From an uncultured Gemmatimonadales bacterium (GTDB lineage: Bacteria; Gemmatimonadota; Gemmatimonadetes; Gemmatimonadales; GWC2-71-9), in the NCBI GenBank assembly GCA_963730185.1, contig CAVSQW010000015.1:576001-640000 (forward strand): DNA of 64,000 nucleotides, in the 5' to 3' direction. Below the pieces are notes generated by a model. It was not told where the DNA came from, did no database searches, and saw only the letters and a list, made by a program, of their open reading frames with translations. Positions within the stretch are counted from its first letter, which is position 1, and each line of letters opens with the position of its first letter. Positions 27,236 to 40,985 of the stretch are shown here, piece after piece. The translations under genes and the position numbers were made by a program.

Positions 27236-30200
27236 ATGTCGATTCATCGCGCGCCCCTCGAGTCTGGGGAGGTCGAGCGAGTGAGTCGGGCCGGTTCGCC
27301 GCCCGACGAGGCCGGGCGGATCGGGTTGCTCGAATCGCTCGAGATCCTCGACACCGAGGCGGAGCCTGCCTTCGACGAGCTCGCCACCCTCGCCGCGGAC
27401 CTCTGCGACGCTCCGATCGCGCTCGTGAGTCTGGTCGACCGCGAGCGCCAGTGGTCCAAGGCGCGGATCGGGACGGACTCCTGCGGTACCTCGCGCGATG
27501 ATGCCTTCTGCGCCCACGCCATCCTCCACCACGGGCTGATCTTCGAGATCGAGGACGCCACCCAGGACCCCCGCTTCGCCGACAACCCGCTGGTGACCGG
27601 CCCGATGGGCGGTCCGGTTCTATGCCGGCCTGCCGCTGGTCGTCCAAGGGCACGCGATCGGCACCCTTTGCGTCATCGACCGTCGACCCCGGCGGCTCGA
27701 TCCCGACCAGCGGCGGCGGCTGACCCTGCTGGCCCGGCAGGTGGTTCGGGAGATCGAGTACCGGGCGGCGGAGTCCCGAAGCAGGGAGCTCACCGATACG
27801 ATCCAGGACGTGTTCTGGGTCACCGCGTCGGACCAGAAGCGGCTGATCTACGTCAGCCCGGCGTACCAGGCCGTCTTCGGCCGACCCACCGCCGAGCTGG
27901 TGGCGACGCCCGAGGTTTGGCTCGAGGCCGTCCACCCGGACGATCGACCGCGAGTGACCGCGTCGATCCCCGAACAGGCGAACGGGCCGTTCGAGCAGGA
28001 ATTCCGGATCGTGCGACCGGGCGGCGAGGTCCGCTGGGTCCAGACCCGGTCGTTTCCGGTCCGGGACGCGGGCGGCCGGACTATCCGGATCATCGGCATC
28101 ACCCGCGACGTCACGGCGCGCTGCGAGTCCGACCAGCAGCTGGTGCAGCGGAAGGCCGAGCTGCAGCTGGCGCTCGAGGCCGCCCGGCTCGCCGCCTGGA
28201 CCTGCGACGTGACCACCGGCGCGCTCCGGTGGAGCGCCGACGCCCCGACGGTGCTCGGGGTCCCGGCCGACGACCTGGGGGAGCACGCCGACGACTTCTT
28301 CGCCCTGCTGGCCCCCGGGGACGTCGACCGGGTCAGGCGGGTTACGATCGACGGCTCGGGAGGGACCCCGACCTACGAGGTGGAGTTCCGGGTGCCGGGT
28401 GCCGCCGGCGGTCCCCGGCGGATCGCGGCCACCGGACGCTTGATCCGCGACGGCCGCGGCACCCTGATGTCGCTCGGGGTGATCCAGGACGTGACCGCCC
28501 GCCGGGCCGCGGAGGACCAGCTCCAGCGAAAGACGGCGCTGCTGGCGGCGATTCGTCGGGCCCACGCCCGGTACCTGGAGCGGCACGGGGAGCGGCAGGC
28601 CTTCGACGAGATCCTCGAGGCCTTGCTCCGACTCACGGGCAGCCGCTACGGGGTCGTGGCCGAGGTGGAACCGGGGCCGGACGGGAGGGACCGGATGGTC
28701 CCGGGCCTGGCGACGATCGGCTCCTGGGACACGGAGGCCCAGGCCTACGATCATCGAGAGGTGCTCGGTCCCGGTCTGGCGGTGATGGAATCGCTCCTGG
28801 AACGGGTGCTGACGACCGGGGAGCGAACCCTCATGGCCTCGCTACCGCCGCCGGCCGGCCTGCTCGGCAACTTCGCCGGCTTTCCCATCCGCCTGGCCGG
28901 GGTGCTCGTTGGCGTGGTCGGCCTCGCGAACCGGGAAGGTGGCTACCAGGCCGACCTGAGCGACGAGCTCGCCCCGCTCCTGGTCACCGCGGCCCAGCTG
29001 ATCGACGCCCGACGGACCGAGGCGGAGCGATCTCGGGCGGCGGCCGATCGGGCCATGTTCTTCTCGCTGGTCGAGAACAGCGCCGACTTCGTGGGGATGA
29101 CGGGACTCGACGGCCGGGTGCTCTACGTCAATCCGGCGGGCCGCCGGCTGATCGGTCTGCCGCCGGATGCTCCGTTGGAGCAGGTCGACGTCGCCCAGTT
29201 CTTCACGCCGGAGAGCGCCCGGCAGCTCGAGGCCGAGGTGCTGCCCGCGGTGCAGGCGACCGGCCGGTGGCACGGTGAGGTCACCGTTCGCCAAGCCGGC
29301 ACCGGCGAACTCGTCCCGGTGCACGCCAGCCGGTTTCTGGTCCAGAATCCGGGGCCGGACGAGTCCTTCTGCATCGCGACCACGATGCGCGACGTCCGGG
29401 CCCAGAAGGAGCACGAGCGCGAGCTGGTGGAGGCGAAGGAGGCCGCCGAAGCCGGGACCCGGGCCAAGAGCGAGTTCCTGGCCACGATGAGCCACGAGAT
29501 CCGGACCCCGATGAACGGGGTGCTCGGATTCGCCCGGCTGCTGGCGGAGACCGCCCTCGACGGCGAACAGGCCGACTACGTCGAACGGCTCCAGCGTTCG
29601 GGCGCCGGGTTGCTCCAGATCATCAATGAAGTGCTCGACTTCTCGAAGATCGAGGCCGGACGGCTCGAAGTGTCGGCGGAGCCGTTCGCCGTGATGCCCT
29701 TGGTGGAGGAGACGGTGGGACTCCTGGCCCGGGAAGGGGAGGCGCAGGGCCTCCGCCTCGGCGTTCGCGGCGGCGCCGGGTGTCGAGGCCTGGTCGTGGC
29801 CGACCCGGGCCGGGTTCGCCAGGTCCTCCTCAACCTGGTCGGGAACGCGCTCAAGTTCACCGAGCGGGGCAGCGTGGTGGTCGGAGTCGACGACGCCGGC
29901 GACCGCGAGGTCATGATCCGGGTCACCGATACCGGGATCGGCATTCCGGTGGAGAAGCAGTCGCTCCTGTTTGCCGAGTTCTCCCAGGTCGACGCCTCCA
30001 CCTCCCGGCGGCACGGTGGCACCGGCCTCGGCCTCGCGATCTCCCGGCGCCTGGTCGAGGCCATGAACGGCCGGATCGGGATGACCAGCGAGCCCGGACT
30101 CGGTTCCTGTTTCTGGTTCACCCTTCCCCGGGATCTCGAGCCGGTGGAGGCGATACCGAAGCGCCGGCCTGGTGCGGCGCTCCGCGCCGAGCTGCTCCTG

Positions 30201-31031
30201 GTCACCGACGACGAGTTCGCCCGGACGGAACTCTCCGGACAGATCCAGGCGTGGCGCCTCCCGTATCGACACGTGCCGAGCTTGGCGGCGGCCGCCGAGG
30301 TCCTCCGCGGCCCCCCGCCGGCCGAGGGGCGCGTGGTCTTGGTGGACAGCAACCTCCCGGACGCCCTCCGGCTTGGCCGGGGGATCGCCGACGAGGTCGG
30401 ACCGCACCAGCCCCTGATCCTGATCGGCCGGCGGAGTGGGGCCCCGTCGGACCAGGAGCTGCGCGATGCCGGATTCTCGGGCCGGGTGCCGGACGCGTTG
30501 ATCCGTCCCTCGGACCTCCTCGATACCATCATGTTGGTTCGGCGGGCCGCCAGCGGCGGGGGGGCCGAGGCCGCCGCCGGGGCCGTCGCGGTGCGGCGGC
30601 CCGCCGACCGCCCTCAGCTCCAAGTGCTGGTGGTCGAGGACAACGCGGTGAACCAGCTGCTGGCCCGCCGGATGCTGGAGCGGTTGGGCTGCGCCGTGGC
30701 GGTGGCGAACGACGGCGAGCAGGCCGTGGCGGTCGTCCAGGAGGGCGAGTTCGACCTGGTCTTCATGGATTGCCAGATGCCGGTGGTCGACGGCTACCAG
30801 GCGACGGGGATGATCCGGGCCTGGGAAGAAGGTCGCCTGTCCCCGGGCGACCGGCCCTTGCCCATCATCGCGCTCACCGCCAACGCCCTCCGGGGTGATC
30901 GGGAGCGCTGTCTCGCCGCCGGCATGAGCGATTATCTGGCCAAGCCGGTCGTGCCGGAGGAGCTGGCAGACATGGTGGAGCGCTGGGCCCCCGGGGCGGT
31001 CTCCACCGACGCCCCAGATCACCTGAATTGA
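27236..31031 (+). CDS. Hybrid sensor histidine kinase (GAF-PAS-PAS-GAF-PAS-HisKA-HATPase-REC) with a +1 frameshift near 27607
   Basis: The GAF start (FDELATLAA...FCAHAI) continues in another frame as VRFYAGLPL...IGTLCVID; SHEIRTPMNG, NLVGNALKFT, GGTGLGL, MDCQMP. Confidence 0.88.
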
Positions 31032-31056
31032 CGGAAGCCTCGGCCCCGTCTACATT
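31028..31056 (+). promoter_or_regulatory. Sigma70 promoter of infC-rpmI-rplT
   Basis: TTGACG-N17-TACATT. Confidence 0.8.
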
Positions 31057-31062
31057 TATCCA

Positions 31063-31200
31063 ACTGCAAGTGAGGGCGGGAACGCCGTCCTCCACCCCGA
31101 GCCGACGGCAGGCGACAGGGTCCCGAGCTCGCTCCGTAGTCCCGTGTGGGGGGCGGAGTCGTTCTGGACACCCCGGTTGCCCGGGGTGTTTGTGTTTCAC
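31063..31200 (+). promoter_or_regulatory. Structured 5' leader, L20-leader-like attenuator
   Basis: About 160 nt 5' UTR with hairpin AAGTGAGGGCGG...CCGTCCTCCACC and a terminator-like hairpin, upstream of infC-rpmI-rplT. Confidence 0.55.
31167..31197 (+). terminator. Intrinsic terminator within the infC leader
   Basis: ACACCCCGG-TTGC-CCGGGGTGT stem followed by TTGTGTTT. Confidence 0.7.
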
Positions 31201-31221
31201 CGTCTGGTGGGGAGGTCGTCG

Positions 31222-31743
31222 CTGAGCACCAACGAGCGCGAGCGAAGGGTTCGGATCAACCGCATGATCCGGATCAGCCCCGTCCGAGTCATCTCGGATT
31301 CGGGTGAGCAGTTGGGAGTGTTGCCGGTGGACGAGGCCCTGGCGATGGCGGAGGACAAGGGGCTCGACCTGGTGGAAGTGGCGCCGATGGCGCGGCCGCC
31401 CGTGGTCAAGATCATGGACTACGGGAAGTACAAGTTCGAGGAGGCCAAGGCGGCGCGCGCGGCGAAGAAGAAGCAGCACGTGATCGAGATCAAGGAGATC
31501 AAGTTCAGACCCGGGATCGACGATCACGACTTCGACTTCAAGACCCGGCACATGCGGGAGTTTCTCGAAGCGGGGAACAAGGTGAAGGTGACGATGATGT
31601 TCCGGGGCCGGCAGATGACCCGAATCGATCTGGGGAAGGCGGTCCTGGATCGGGTGGCCGAGACGCTCGCGGACATCGGCAAGATCGAATTCGACGCCCG
31701 GCTCGAAGGCCGGAACATGACGATGGTGATGGCGCCCAAGTAA
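31222..31743 (+). CDS. infC: Translation initiation factor IF-3, probable non-canonical CTG start
   Basis: RINRMIRISPVRVI, LDLVEVAP, MDYGKYKFE, KEIKFRPGIDDHD; GGAGG SD 6 nt before CTG at 31222. Confidence 0.95.
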   Translation: MSTNERERRVRINRMIRISPVRVISDSGEQLGVLPVDEALAMAEDKGLDLVEVAPMARPPVVKIMDYGKYKFEEAKAARAAKKKQHVIEIKEIKFRPGIDDHDFDFKTRHMREFLEAGNKVKVTMMFRGRQMTRIDLGKAVLDRVAETLADIGKIEFDARLEGRNMTMVMAPK

Positions 31744-31799
31744 GGGACGGGAAGGGAGCGGAGTTCCCTATCCCTCCCAACGAATCACGGAGTGATGAC

Positions 31800-31994
31800 G
31801 TGCCGAAGATGAAGACCAAGCGCGCGGCCATGAAGCGGTTCCGCTTCACCGGCAGCGGCAAGATCAAGCGAAACAAGGCGAACCATCGCCACATCCTGAC
31901 CAAGAAGACGCGGAAGCGGAAGAATGGGCTCCAGAAGCCCGCTCTCGTCAGCTCGGCCGACTATCCGCGCGTGAAGCGCCTGCTCGAGGCGTAG
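31800..31994 (+). CDS. rpmI: 50S ribosomal protein L35
   Basis: [24 protein letters not shown]. Confidence 0.97.
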   Translation: MPKMKTKRAAMKRFRFTGSGKIKRNKANHRHILTKKTRKRKNGLQKPALVSSADYPRVKRLLEA

Positions 31995-32004
31995 GAGGAG
32001 AATC

Positions 32005-32367
32005 ATGCCGCGGGTCAAGAGCAACGTCGCGCATCACGCGCGCAAGAAGAAGATCATGGTCGCCGCCAAGGGGGCGCGCGGCGGCCGAAGCAAGCTCTAC
32101 AAGGCGGCGAAAGAGACCGCCGAGCGGGCGATGCGGTATGCCTACCGCGACCGTCGCAAGCGAAAGAGCGAGTTCCGGGCCCTCTGGATCACCCGGATCA
32201 ACGCGGCCGCCCGGCTCCACGACCTGAGCTACAGCCGGTTCATGGCCGGGCTCAAGAAAGCCGGCGTCGAGATCGACCGGAAGCTTCTGGCCGAGCTCGC
32301 CGTGTCCGACGCCGATGCGTTTGGACGCCTCGCTGAAATGGCCCGGGGCGCCGCGGGGGCGCAGTAG
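32005..32367 (+). CDS. rplT: 50S ribosomal protein L20
   Basis: MPRVKS...[24 protein letters not shown]. Confidence 0.97.
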   Translation: MPRVKSNVAHHARKKKIMVAAKGARGGRSKLYKAAKETAERAMRYAYRDRRKRKSEFRALWITRINAAARLHDLSYSRFMAGLKKAGVEIDRKLLAELAVSDADAFGRLAEMARGAAGAQ

Positions 32368-32394
32368 CACTCAGTCACCAGACTCGAATACCCT

Positions 32395-32439
32395 TCCCCC
32401 GCGGTCGCCGGCCCAAGGCGGCCGCGGGGGATTTGCTTT
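32395..32439 (+). terminator. Intrinsic terminator after rplT
   Basis: TCCCCCGCGGTCGCC-GGCCCAA-GGCGGCCGCGGGGGA followed by TTTGCTTT. Confidence 0.75.
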
Positions 32440-32481
32440 GGGACGGGTAGACGGTCGGCCCGTCCCCGACGAGGCCCACGC

Positions 32482-33542
32482 ATGTCCGAACCTACTGGCT
32501 ATCCCGAGCTCGACGCGCTCCTCCCGCGGCTCGACGCCATCGCGACGCTCGATCGCGCCGCCCTCGAGCAGGAGCGGGTCGCGCTCCTCGGCCGGAAGCA
32601 GGGCGCCCTGACCGCCCTGGCGCGGAAGCTCCCCGAGCTCGACCCCGAGGCCCGCCGCCCCTTCGGCGCGGCCGTGAACCGGATCAAGGGGCTGCTCGAG
32701 GAGGCGTTCGACGCCCGGGCGGTCGCGCTGGCGGGCGACAGCGCCGCCGCCGGTGAGCGGATCGACCTCACCATGCCGGGCCGCCGGCGCTGGGTCGGCG
32801 CGGCCCATCCGGTCAACCAGGTCATCGACGAGATCGTCTCGATCTTCCGGAGCATCGGCTTCACCGTGGCGGTGGGGCCGGAGGCCGAGACGGAGTGGAT
32901 GAACTTCTTCGCGCTCAATTTCCCGGAGAATCATCCGGCGCTCGACACCCACGACACGCTGTACCTCACGGATGAGCGGGTGGACGGGGACCGGACCGGG
33001 CGCGGCTTGCTGCGCACCCACACCTCGCCGGTCCAGATCCGGGTCATGCAAGCCGGGCCGCCGCCCTATCGCGTGGTGTGCCCCGGCATGGTGTACCGGA
33101 ACGACCCGTTCGACCCCTCGCACGCCCCGGCCTTCGCGCAGATCGAGGGGCTGGCGGTGGACGAAGGGATCGGGCTGGTGGACCTCAAGGCCACCCTCAC
33201 CCACTTCGTGCGCCGGTTCTTCTCCCCGACCACGAAGGTGCGGTTTCGGCCCTCGTACTTCCCGTTCACGGAACCGTCGGGCGAGCTGGACATCGAGTGC
33301 CAGCTCTGTCACGGAGGCGGCTGCCCGGCCTGCAAGCAGACCGGTTGGATGGAGATCCTGGGCTGCGGCATGGTCCATCCGAACGTGCTCGAGAACGTCG
33401 GCGTCGACCCGGAGCGCTATTCGGGCTGGGCCTTCGGGATGGGTCCGGGACGGGTGGCGATGAACCGGTACGACCTGCCCGACATCCGGCTCCTCTACGG
33501 CGGCGACATGCGCTTCCTCCGGCAGCTCGGAGGGGCCGACCG

Positions 33543-33546
<4 letters not shown>
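32482..33546 (+). CDS. pheS: Phenylalanine-tRNA ligase alpha subunit
   Basis: LLRTHTSPVQ, FRPSYFPFTEPS, GWAFGMG. Confidence 0.97.
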
Positions 33547-35904
<2,358 letters not shown>

Positions 35905-35930
<26 letters not shown>

Positions 35931-36216
35931 GGCCGGCCCGCTCGCCGATCTCGAGCACCTCGCCCTCGCGCTCGAGGAGGAGCTGGCGCAATGGCGCCGG
36001 CGGTGCCTCGCGGCGGAGCATGAGGTCGAGGGGCTGCGGGCCCGGACGGCGAGCTTCGTGTCCGGCGACCTGGCCGAGTCGCGGGAGCGGATCGCGGAGT
36101 TGGAGGATGCCAACGTGGCCCTCGAGGCCCGGATCCGGGCCGCGCGGGAGCAGGTGGAGCAGCTCCGGACCCGGCTGCGGTTCGTGGAGGAGCATGCCGG
36201 CGGGGGGCTCCGATGA
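35905..36216 (+). CDS. Coiled-coil protein, ZapB-like (start uncertain)
   Basis: Short heptad-rich ORF between pheT and zapA. Confidence 0.55.
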
Positions 36217-36533
36217 GTGACGGGCAGGCGGTCCGGGTTACGATCGGCGGTCAGGAGTTGGTGGTCAGCTCCGAACACCCGGCCGAGTACACCCGGGAGG
36301 TGGCGGCCCATTTCGACGAGGCTCTGCGACGGATTCGCGCGGCGCTGCCGACGGTCGATGCCCAACGGGCCGCGATTCTGGCGGGTCTCGCAGTAACGGA
36401 CGAGCTCTTTCAGGCCCGCGAAGCCGCGACCGGTGCGGCCGAGCAGCTGGCCACGGTCAACGAGCGGCTGGCTCGGCTGCTCCCCCCGGCCAAGCGGACC
36501 CGAGCGACGGACTCGGCCGGCCGGGGAACCTGA
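36213..36533 (+). CDS. zapA: Cell division protein ZapA
   Basis: VRVTIGGQEL...EYTREVAAHFD...AILAGLAVTDELF; pheT-zapA-rny context. Confidence 0.85.
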   Translation: MSDGQAVRVTIGGQELVVSSEHPAEYTREVAAHFDEALRRIRAALPTVDAQRAAILAGLAVTDELFQAREAATGAAEQLATVNERLARLLPPAKRTRATDSAGRGT

Positions 36534-36570
36534 ACGCCGTGTGGCGCCCGCGCCACCTTCGGAGATACGA

Positions 36571-38151
36571 ATGTCGACGACGGACCTGCTCTTCACGGGC
36601 GGAGGAGCGCTCGCCGGGATCCTGATCGCCACCGTGGCCGCGCTGATGATCGCCCGGTCGCGCCGACAGCAGGCAGGCGGGATGCTGGACGCCGCCCGTC
36701 AGGAAGCCGACCGGCTCCGGGAGCGCGGCCGGGACGAGGCCGAGAAGGCCAAGGCGGCGGCGCTGGTCGAGGGCAAGATGGAGACGCTCAAGCTCCGGGA
36801 AGGCCTGGAGCAGGAGCTGACCGCCCGGCGCCAGGAAGCCGAGCGGGCCGAGCGGCGGGTGACCGAGCGGGAACAGGACTTCGGCCGCCGGAACGAGGAG
36901 CTGGACCGGCAGGCCAAGACCCTGGCCCGGCAGCAGCAGTCGTTCACCGACAAGGAGCGCGGGCTCGACGCCAAGGCCAGCGAGCTCGAGGCGCTGGTCC
37001 ACGAGCAGCGGACCCGTCTGGAACGGGTGGCCGGGCTCACGACCGAGGATGCCCGGCGCGAGCTGCTCCAGAAGGTGGAGGACGAGGCCCGGGCCCAGGC
37101 CGCGGCGCTGGCCCGCGACATCAAGGAGCAGGCCAAGAAGAGCGCCGAGCGCGACGCCAAGCGGATCATCTCGATGTCGATCCAACGGCTGGCCGCCGAG
37201 CACACCGCGGAGACGACGGTGGCCGCCGTGGCGCTGCCCAGCGACGAGATGAAGGGTCGGATCATCGGCCGCGAAGGCCGGAACATCCGGGCTTTCGAGA
37301 TGGCGACCGGCGTCGACCTGATCATCGACGACACCCCCGACACCGTGATCGTCTCGTGCTTCGACCCGATCCGGCGTGAAGTGGGCCGCCGGGCGCTCGA
37401 CGCCCTGATCACCGACGGCCGGATTCACCCCGGCCGGATCGAGGAAGTGGTCAAGAAGATCCAGAAGGAGCTGGACGAGCAGCTGGTCGAGCTGGGCGAG
37501 CAGGCGGCCTATGAGACCGGCATCCACGGCCTCCATCCGGAGATGATCAAGCTGATCGGCCGGATGCGCTATCGGACCTCGTACGGCCAGAACATCTACG
37601 AGCACTCGAAGGAAGTGGCCTGGATCGCCGGGATGATGGCGGCCGAGCTCCACCTCGACGTGCAGCTCGCCAAGCGGGGCGGCCTCCTCCACGACGTGGG
37701 CAAGGTGCTCACCCACGACAACGAGGGCACTCACGTGCAGCTCGGCGTCGAGATGGCGACCCGCTACGGAGAGAACCCGCTGGTGATCAACGCGATCGGG
37801 GCGCACCACGACGACGTGCCCCACGAGACCCCCGAGAGCGTGTTGGTCCAGGCCGCCGACGCCATCAGCGGCTCGCGGCCCGGCGCCCGGCGCGAGGCGT
37901 TCGAGACCTACGTCAAGCGACTCACCAAGCTGGAGGAGATCGCCAACGACTTCCCGGGCGTCGACAAGGTCAACGCGATCCAGGCCGGCCGGGAGGTGCG
38001 GGTGATCGTGGTGCCCGACAAGGTGAGCGACGACGGCGCCGCCGAGCTGGCCGAGACCATCGCCAAGCGGATCGAAGGCGAGCTCCAATATCCGGGACAG
38101 ATCAGAGTGACCGTGATTCGAGAGACGAGAGCGACGGGGTTGGCCAAGTGA
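36571..38151 (+). CDS. rny: Ribonuclease Y
   Basis: N-terminal TM helix, coiled coil, KH domain ([13 protein letters not shown]), HD domain (LLHDVGK), [14 protein letters not shown]. Confidence 0.97.
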   Translation: MSTTDLLFTGGGALAGILIATVAALMIARSRRQQAGGMLDAARQEADRLRERGRDEAEKAKAAALVEGKMETLKLREGLEQELTARRQEAERAERRVTEREQDFGRRNEELDRQAKTLARQQQSFTDKERGLDAKASELEALVHEQRTRLERVAGLTTEDARRELLQKVEDEARAQAAALARDIKEQAKKSAERDAKRIISMSIQRLAAEHTAETTVAAVALPSDEMKGRIIGREGRNIRAFEMATGVDLIIDDTPDTVIVSCFDPIRREVGRRALDALITDGRIHPGRIEEVVKKIQKELDEQLVELGEQAAYETGIHGLHPEMIKLIGRMRYRTSYGQNIYEHSKEVAWIAGMMAAELHLDVQLAKRGGLLHDVGKVLTHDNEGTHVQLGVEMATRYGENPLVINAIGAHHDDVPHETPESVLVQAADAISGSRPGARREAFETYVKRLTKLEEIANDFPGVDKVNAIQAGREVRVIVVPDKVSDDGAAELAETIAKRIEGELQYPGQIRVTVIRETRATGLAK

Positions 38152-39050
38152 CCGCGCGGGTGCTGGACGGCGCCGCGCTGGCCAACCAGATCCGGGCCGA
38201 CCTGGCGAAAGACGTGGCGAAGCTGGTGGCTCGGGGCGTGACGCCGGGCCTGGCGGTGGTGATCGTGGGCGAAGACCCCGCCAGCATGGTGTACGTGGCG
38301 AGCAAGGGGAAGGCCTGCGAAGAGGCGGGGATGTACTCCGAGACCATCCGGCTCCCGGCCAACACGACCGAGGCCGAGCTCCTGGCGGTCGTGGACCGGC
38401 TCAACGCGGACCCCAAGATCCACGGCTTCCTGGTCCAGCTGCCGCTCCCCAAGCACATCGACGCCGAGCGGGTGCTGCTCCGGATCGACCCCGACAAGGA
38501 CGTCGACGGGTTCCACCCGATGAACGTCGGCCGGGTGCTGATCGGCGACCGGCGGGCCTTTCGCCCGGCCACTCCCTACGGCGTGCAGCAGATGCTGATC
38601 CGCTCGGGGATCGAGACCAGCGGCGCCCATGCGGTGATCATCGGCCGGTCCAACATCGTCGGGAAGCCGATGGCGAGCTTGCTGGTGCAACCGGGCCCCG
38701 GCGGGAACGCCACCGTCACCATCTGTCACTCCCGCTCGCGGGACCTGCCGGGGATCGCCCGGTCGGCCGACGTGCTGGTCGTCGCGATCGGGAAGCCGGC
38801 GTTCGTCACCGCCGACATGGTGAAACCCGGCGCCGTGGTGGTCGACGTGGGGATCAATCGGGTCCCCGACGCGAGCCGTCCCAAGGGCTACCGGATCGTG
38901 GGCGACGTGGCCTACGACGAGGTCGCGACGGTGGCGAGCGCGATCACGCCGGTGCCGGGCGGGGTCGGGCGGATGACGATCGCGATGTTGCTGATGAACA
39001 CGGTGCAGGCGGCGGGAGGGGGCGGGGAGGGAGGGGGGGAGACGGGGTGA
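38148..39050 (+). CDS. folD: Methylene-THF dehydrogenase/cyclohydrolase
   Basis: [33 protein letters not shown]. Confidence 0.97.
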   Translation: MTARVLDGAALANQIRADLAKDVAKLVARGVTPGLAVVIVGEDPASMVYVASKGKACEEAGMYSETIRLPANTTEAELLAVVDRLNADPKIHGFLVQLPLPKHIDAERVLLRIDPDKDVDGFHPMNVGRVLIGDRRAFRPATPYGVQQMLIRSGIETSGAHAVIIGRSNIVGKPMASLLVQPGPGGNATVTICHSRSRDLPGIARSADVLVVAIGKPAFVTADMVKPGAVVVDVGINRVPDASRPKGYRIVGDVAYDEVATVASAITPVPGGVGRMTIAMLLMNTVQAAGGGGEGGGETG

Positions 39051-39165
39051 GACGGGGAGGGTTGCACCGGCGCCCGGGCCACCCCGTCCCACCCCGTCCC
39101 ACCCCCCTCACCCCAACCCTTAACCCTTCACCCCGCCCCCCTCCGCCTCTCCCGCCTCTTCTCCA
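39013..39165. repeat. Pentamer-based G-rich/C-rich imperfect inverted repeat between convergent genes
   Basis: GGGGA/GACGG units followed by CCCCG-TCCCA units; overlaps the last codons of both flanking genes. Confidence 0.65.
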
Positions 39166-40123
39166 TCTTCTCCGCCAGCTTCGGCGCCGTCCCCGGCATC
39201 GACCAGGGGCACGCCGCGATGCATATCGCGCAGCCGTAGGTCTCGTTGAAGTAGGGAAGACAGCGGTCGAAGTTCACGTACCACTTCGTCACCCCCCGGA
39301 CCTGCTGCTTTTCGTGGGTGATCGCGTCCACCGGACAGGCGTTGGCGCACACCTGGCATTGGGTGCAGAAGTCGTCGGCGCCGAAGTCGGTGGGATCGTC
39401 GGCGGCGAGGGGCAGGTCGGTGAACACGGCGGCCAATCGGAAGTTCGAGCCCAGCTCCCGGTTGATGATCGAGCCGTGTTTGCCCAGCTCGCCGAAGCCC
39501 GCGGCGAGGGCGGCCGGAATGAGCGTGATCGGGCCGGCCGGCGGCCCGCCGCGGGGTTCGGCCCGCCAGCCCTGGCCGCGAATCCAGTCGGCCAGCGGCT
39601 GAGCGACCCGCCAGCCCTGGGTGTACCCCTCGACCACGGCCAGCGCGGCCGTGACCTCGGGCGCCGTCTCCAGCTGCTCGTAGTCCATGGCCACCCCGAG
39701 CACCACGACCCAGGGATAGTCGAAGTCGTAGCCTTGGTAAACCCAGAGCGGGTCGGCCCGGACCAGGCCCACCAGGTCCGCGCCGAACGCCCGGGCCTGC
39801 TCCTTGACCAGCCGGGCGGTCTCGGCCGGGTCGCGGATTACTCGCTCCCCGGCGATCGGGGCCGGCTCCCGGGCGATGATCTCCGCCCGGGCTCCGCGCA
39901 GGGCGTGGAGGGCCGGCTCTTTCCGGCCCTGATCCATCATCCAGGTCTGGAGCGGCCCGTGCGGCGTCATCTCGGGCGGATGCCAGTAGATCGGCGACGG
40001 CCGCCGGACCTCGGTCTCGCCCAGTCCGTTGATCGTGTTGCCGGAGAGGTCGGGCCAGAGCGCCTGCTGCTCGGCGCTGGGGACGAACGGTGGCTTGGCG
40101 TGTCGGCCGCGCTGGAACGCCAT
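39128..40123 (-). CDS. Reductive dehalogenase/QueG-superfamily 2x[4Fe-4S] protein
   Basis: VKEQARAFGADLVG, AGFGELGKHG..I..ELGSNFRLAAVFTDLPL, FCTQCQVCANACP, C...CAICIAACPW. Confidence 0.75.
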   Translation of the reverse strand: MAFQRGRHAKPPFVPSAEQQALWPDLSGNTINGLGETEVRRPSPIYWHPPEMTPHGPLQTWMMDQGRKEPALHALRGARAEIIAREPAPIAGERVIRDPAETARLVKEQARAFGADLVGLVRADPLWVYQGYDFDYPWVVVLGVAMDYEQLETAPEVTAALAVVEGYTQGWRVAQPLADWIRGQGWRAEPRGGPPAGPITLIPAALAAGFGELGKHGSIINRELGSNFRLAAVFTDLPLAADDPTDFGADDFCTQCQVCANACPVDAITHEKQQVRGVTKWYVNFDRCLPYFNETYGCAICIAACPWSMPGTAPKLAEKMEKRRERRRGAG

Positions 40124-40127
40124 TCGG

Positions 40128-40946
40128 CTACCTCCCTTGGGTCGGAGCCGGTTCGGGCCCGGTCGGGGCCACTCGTCGGACCGATTCCGCGATGCGTCGA
40201 TCGAACATCAGAACCGCTCCCACCGCCAGCCAATAGACCGCCGAGAGGATCAACCCCAGCCGGACTTGATCGGCGCCCTCCACCATCCGATAGAGAAACG
40301 AACCACTCACCGTATTGTGGGTCGTGTGCCAGATTGCCGCCAGCCACCAGACCCCGCCGGACCGGACGAAGGCCCAGAGCACCATGAACTGAAAGCCGGC
40401 GTTGGCCACGACGCCGACCATCCAGGGCAGGTCGCCGCCGATCATCAGCGGGAGGTGCCAGGTGACCCGGATCACCGCCATGAGCAAGGCGGCCGTCACG
40501 AACCGGTGCCGCCCGAGGAGCCGGGGCGAGGCGAACGCCGTCCAGCCGGCCTCCTCTCCGATCCCGATCGCGATAAACACGCTGAGGAAGGTCGGCCCCA
40601 ACGCGGGCCAGCCGGCCAGCTGCTCCCGGGTGGGGAGCGGGGCGCCCAAGGCGGTGTTGACCAGCACCGCGATGATCATCAGGACGATTGGTCCCAGAAA
40701 GGCCACCAGCCACCACTGGATTCCGGTTCGAGCCGTAATCAGCCGGTGGCCCCACTCGCGGAGGCCGTTCCGGCCGAGACAGGCGGCGACGACCGCCGCC
40801 GCCATGAGCGGCCCGAGCGGAAACTGCCCTCCGTCGTGGGTGCCTCTGACGGCCGCGGCGATGGTGAACATCCAGCCGAAGGCGCAGGCCAGAATCCAGT
40901 AGGTGGTGACCGGGAAGGCCCGGATCGGTCGGAGCAAGGCGGACAT
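40128..40946 (-). CDS. CPBP (CAAX/Abi) family intramembrane metalloprotease
   Basis: GEEAGW, WHLP and AIWHTTHN motifs, multiple TM helices. Confidence 0.85.
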   Translation of the reverse strand: MSALLRPIRAFPVTTYWILACAFGWMFTIAAAVRGTHDGGQFPLGPLMAAAVVAACLGRNGLREWGHRLITARTGIQWWLVAFLGPIVLMIIAVLVNTALGAPLPTREQLAGWPALGPTFLSVFIAIGIGEEAGWTAFASPRLLGRHRFVTAALLMAVIRVTWHLPLMIGGDLPWMVGVVANAGFQFMVLWAFVRSGGVWWLAAIWHTTHNTVSGSFLYRMVEGADQVRLGLILSAVYWLAVGAVLMFDRRIAESVRRVAPTGPEPAPTQGR

Positions 40947-40985
40947 CGGCAATCCTCTCGGCGGGGTGGCGTGGAGTCGGGCCCC

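Noticed and set aside
36534..36570. 6S RNA, which often follows zapA
   Set aside because: The gap is only 37 bp, too short.
39128..40123. Calling this gene queG
   Set aside because: It lacks the typical QueG GCD.CQ..CPWN pattern and shows RdhA-like motifs, so it is left unnamed.
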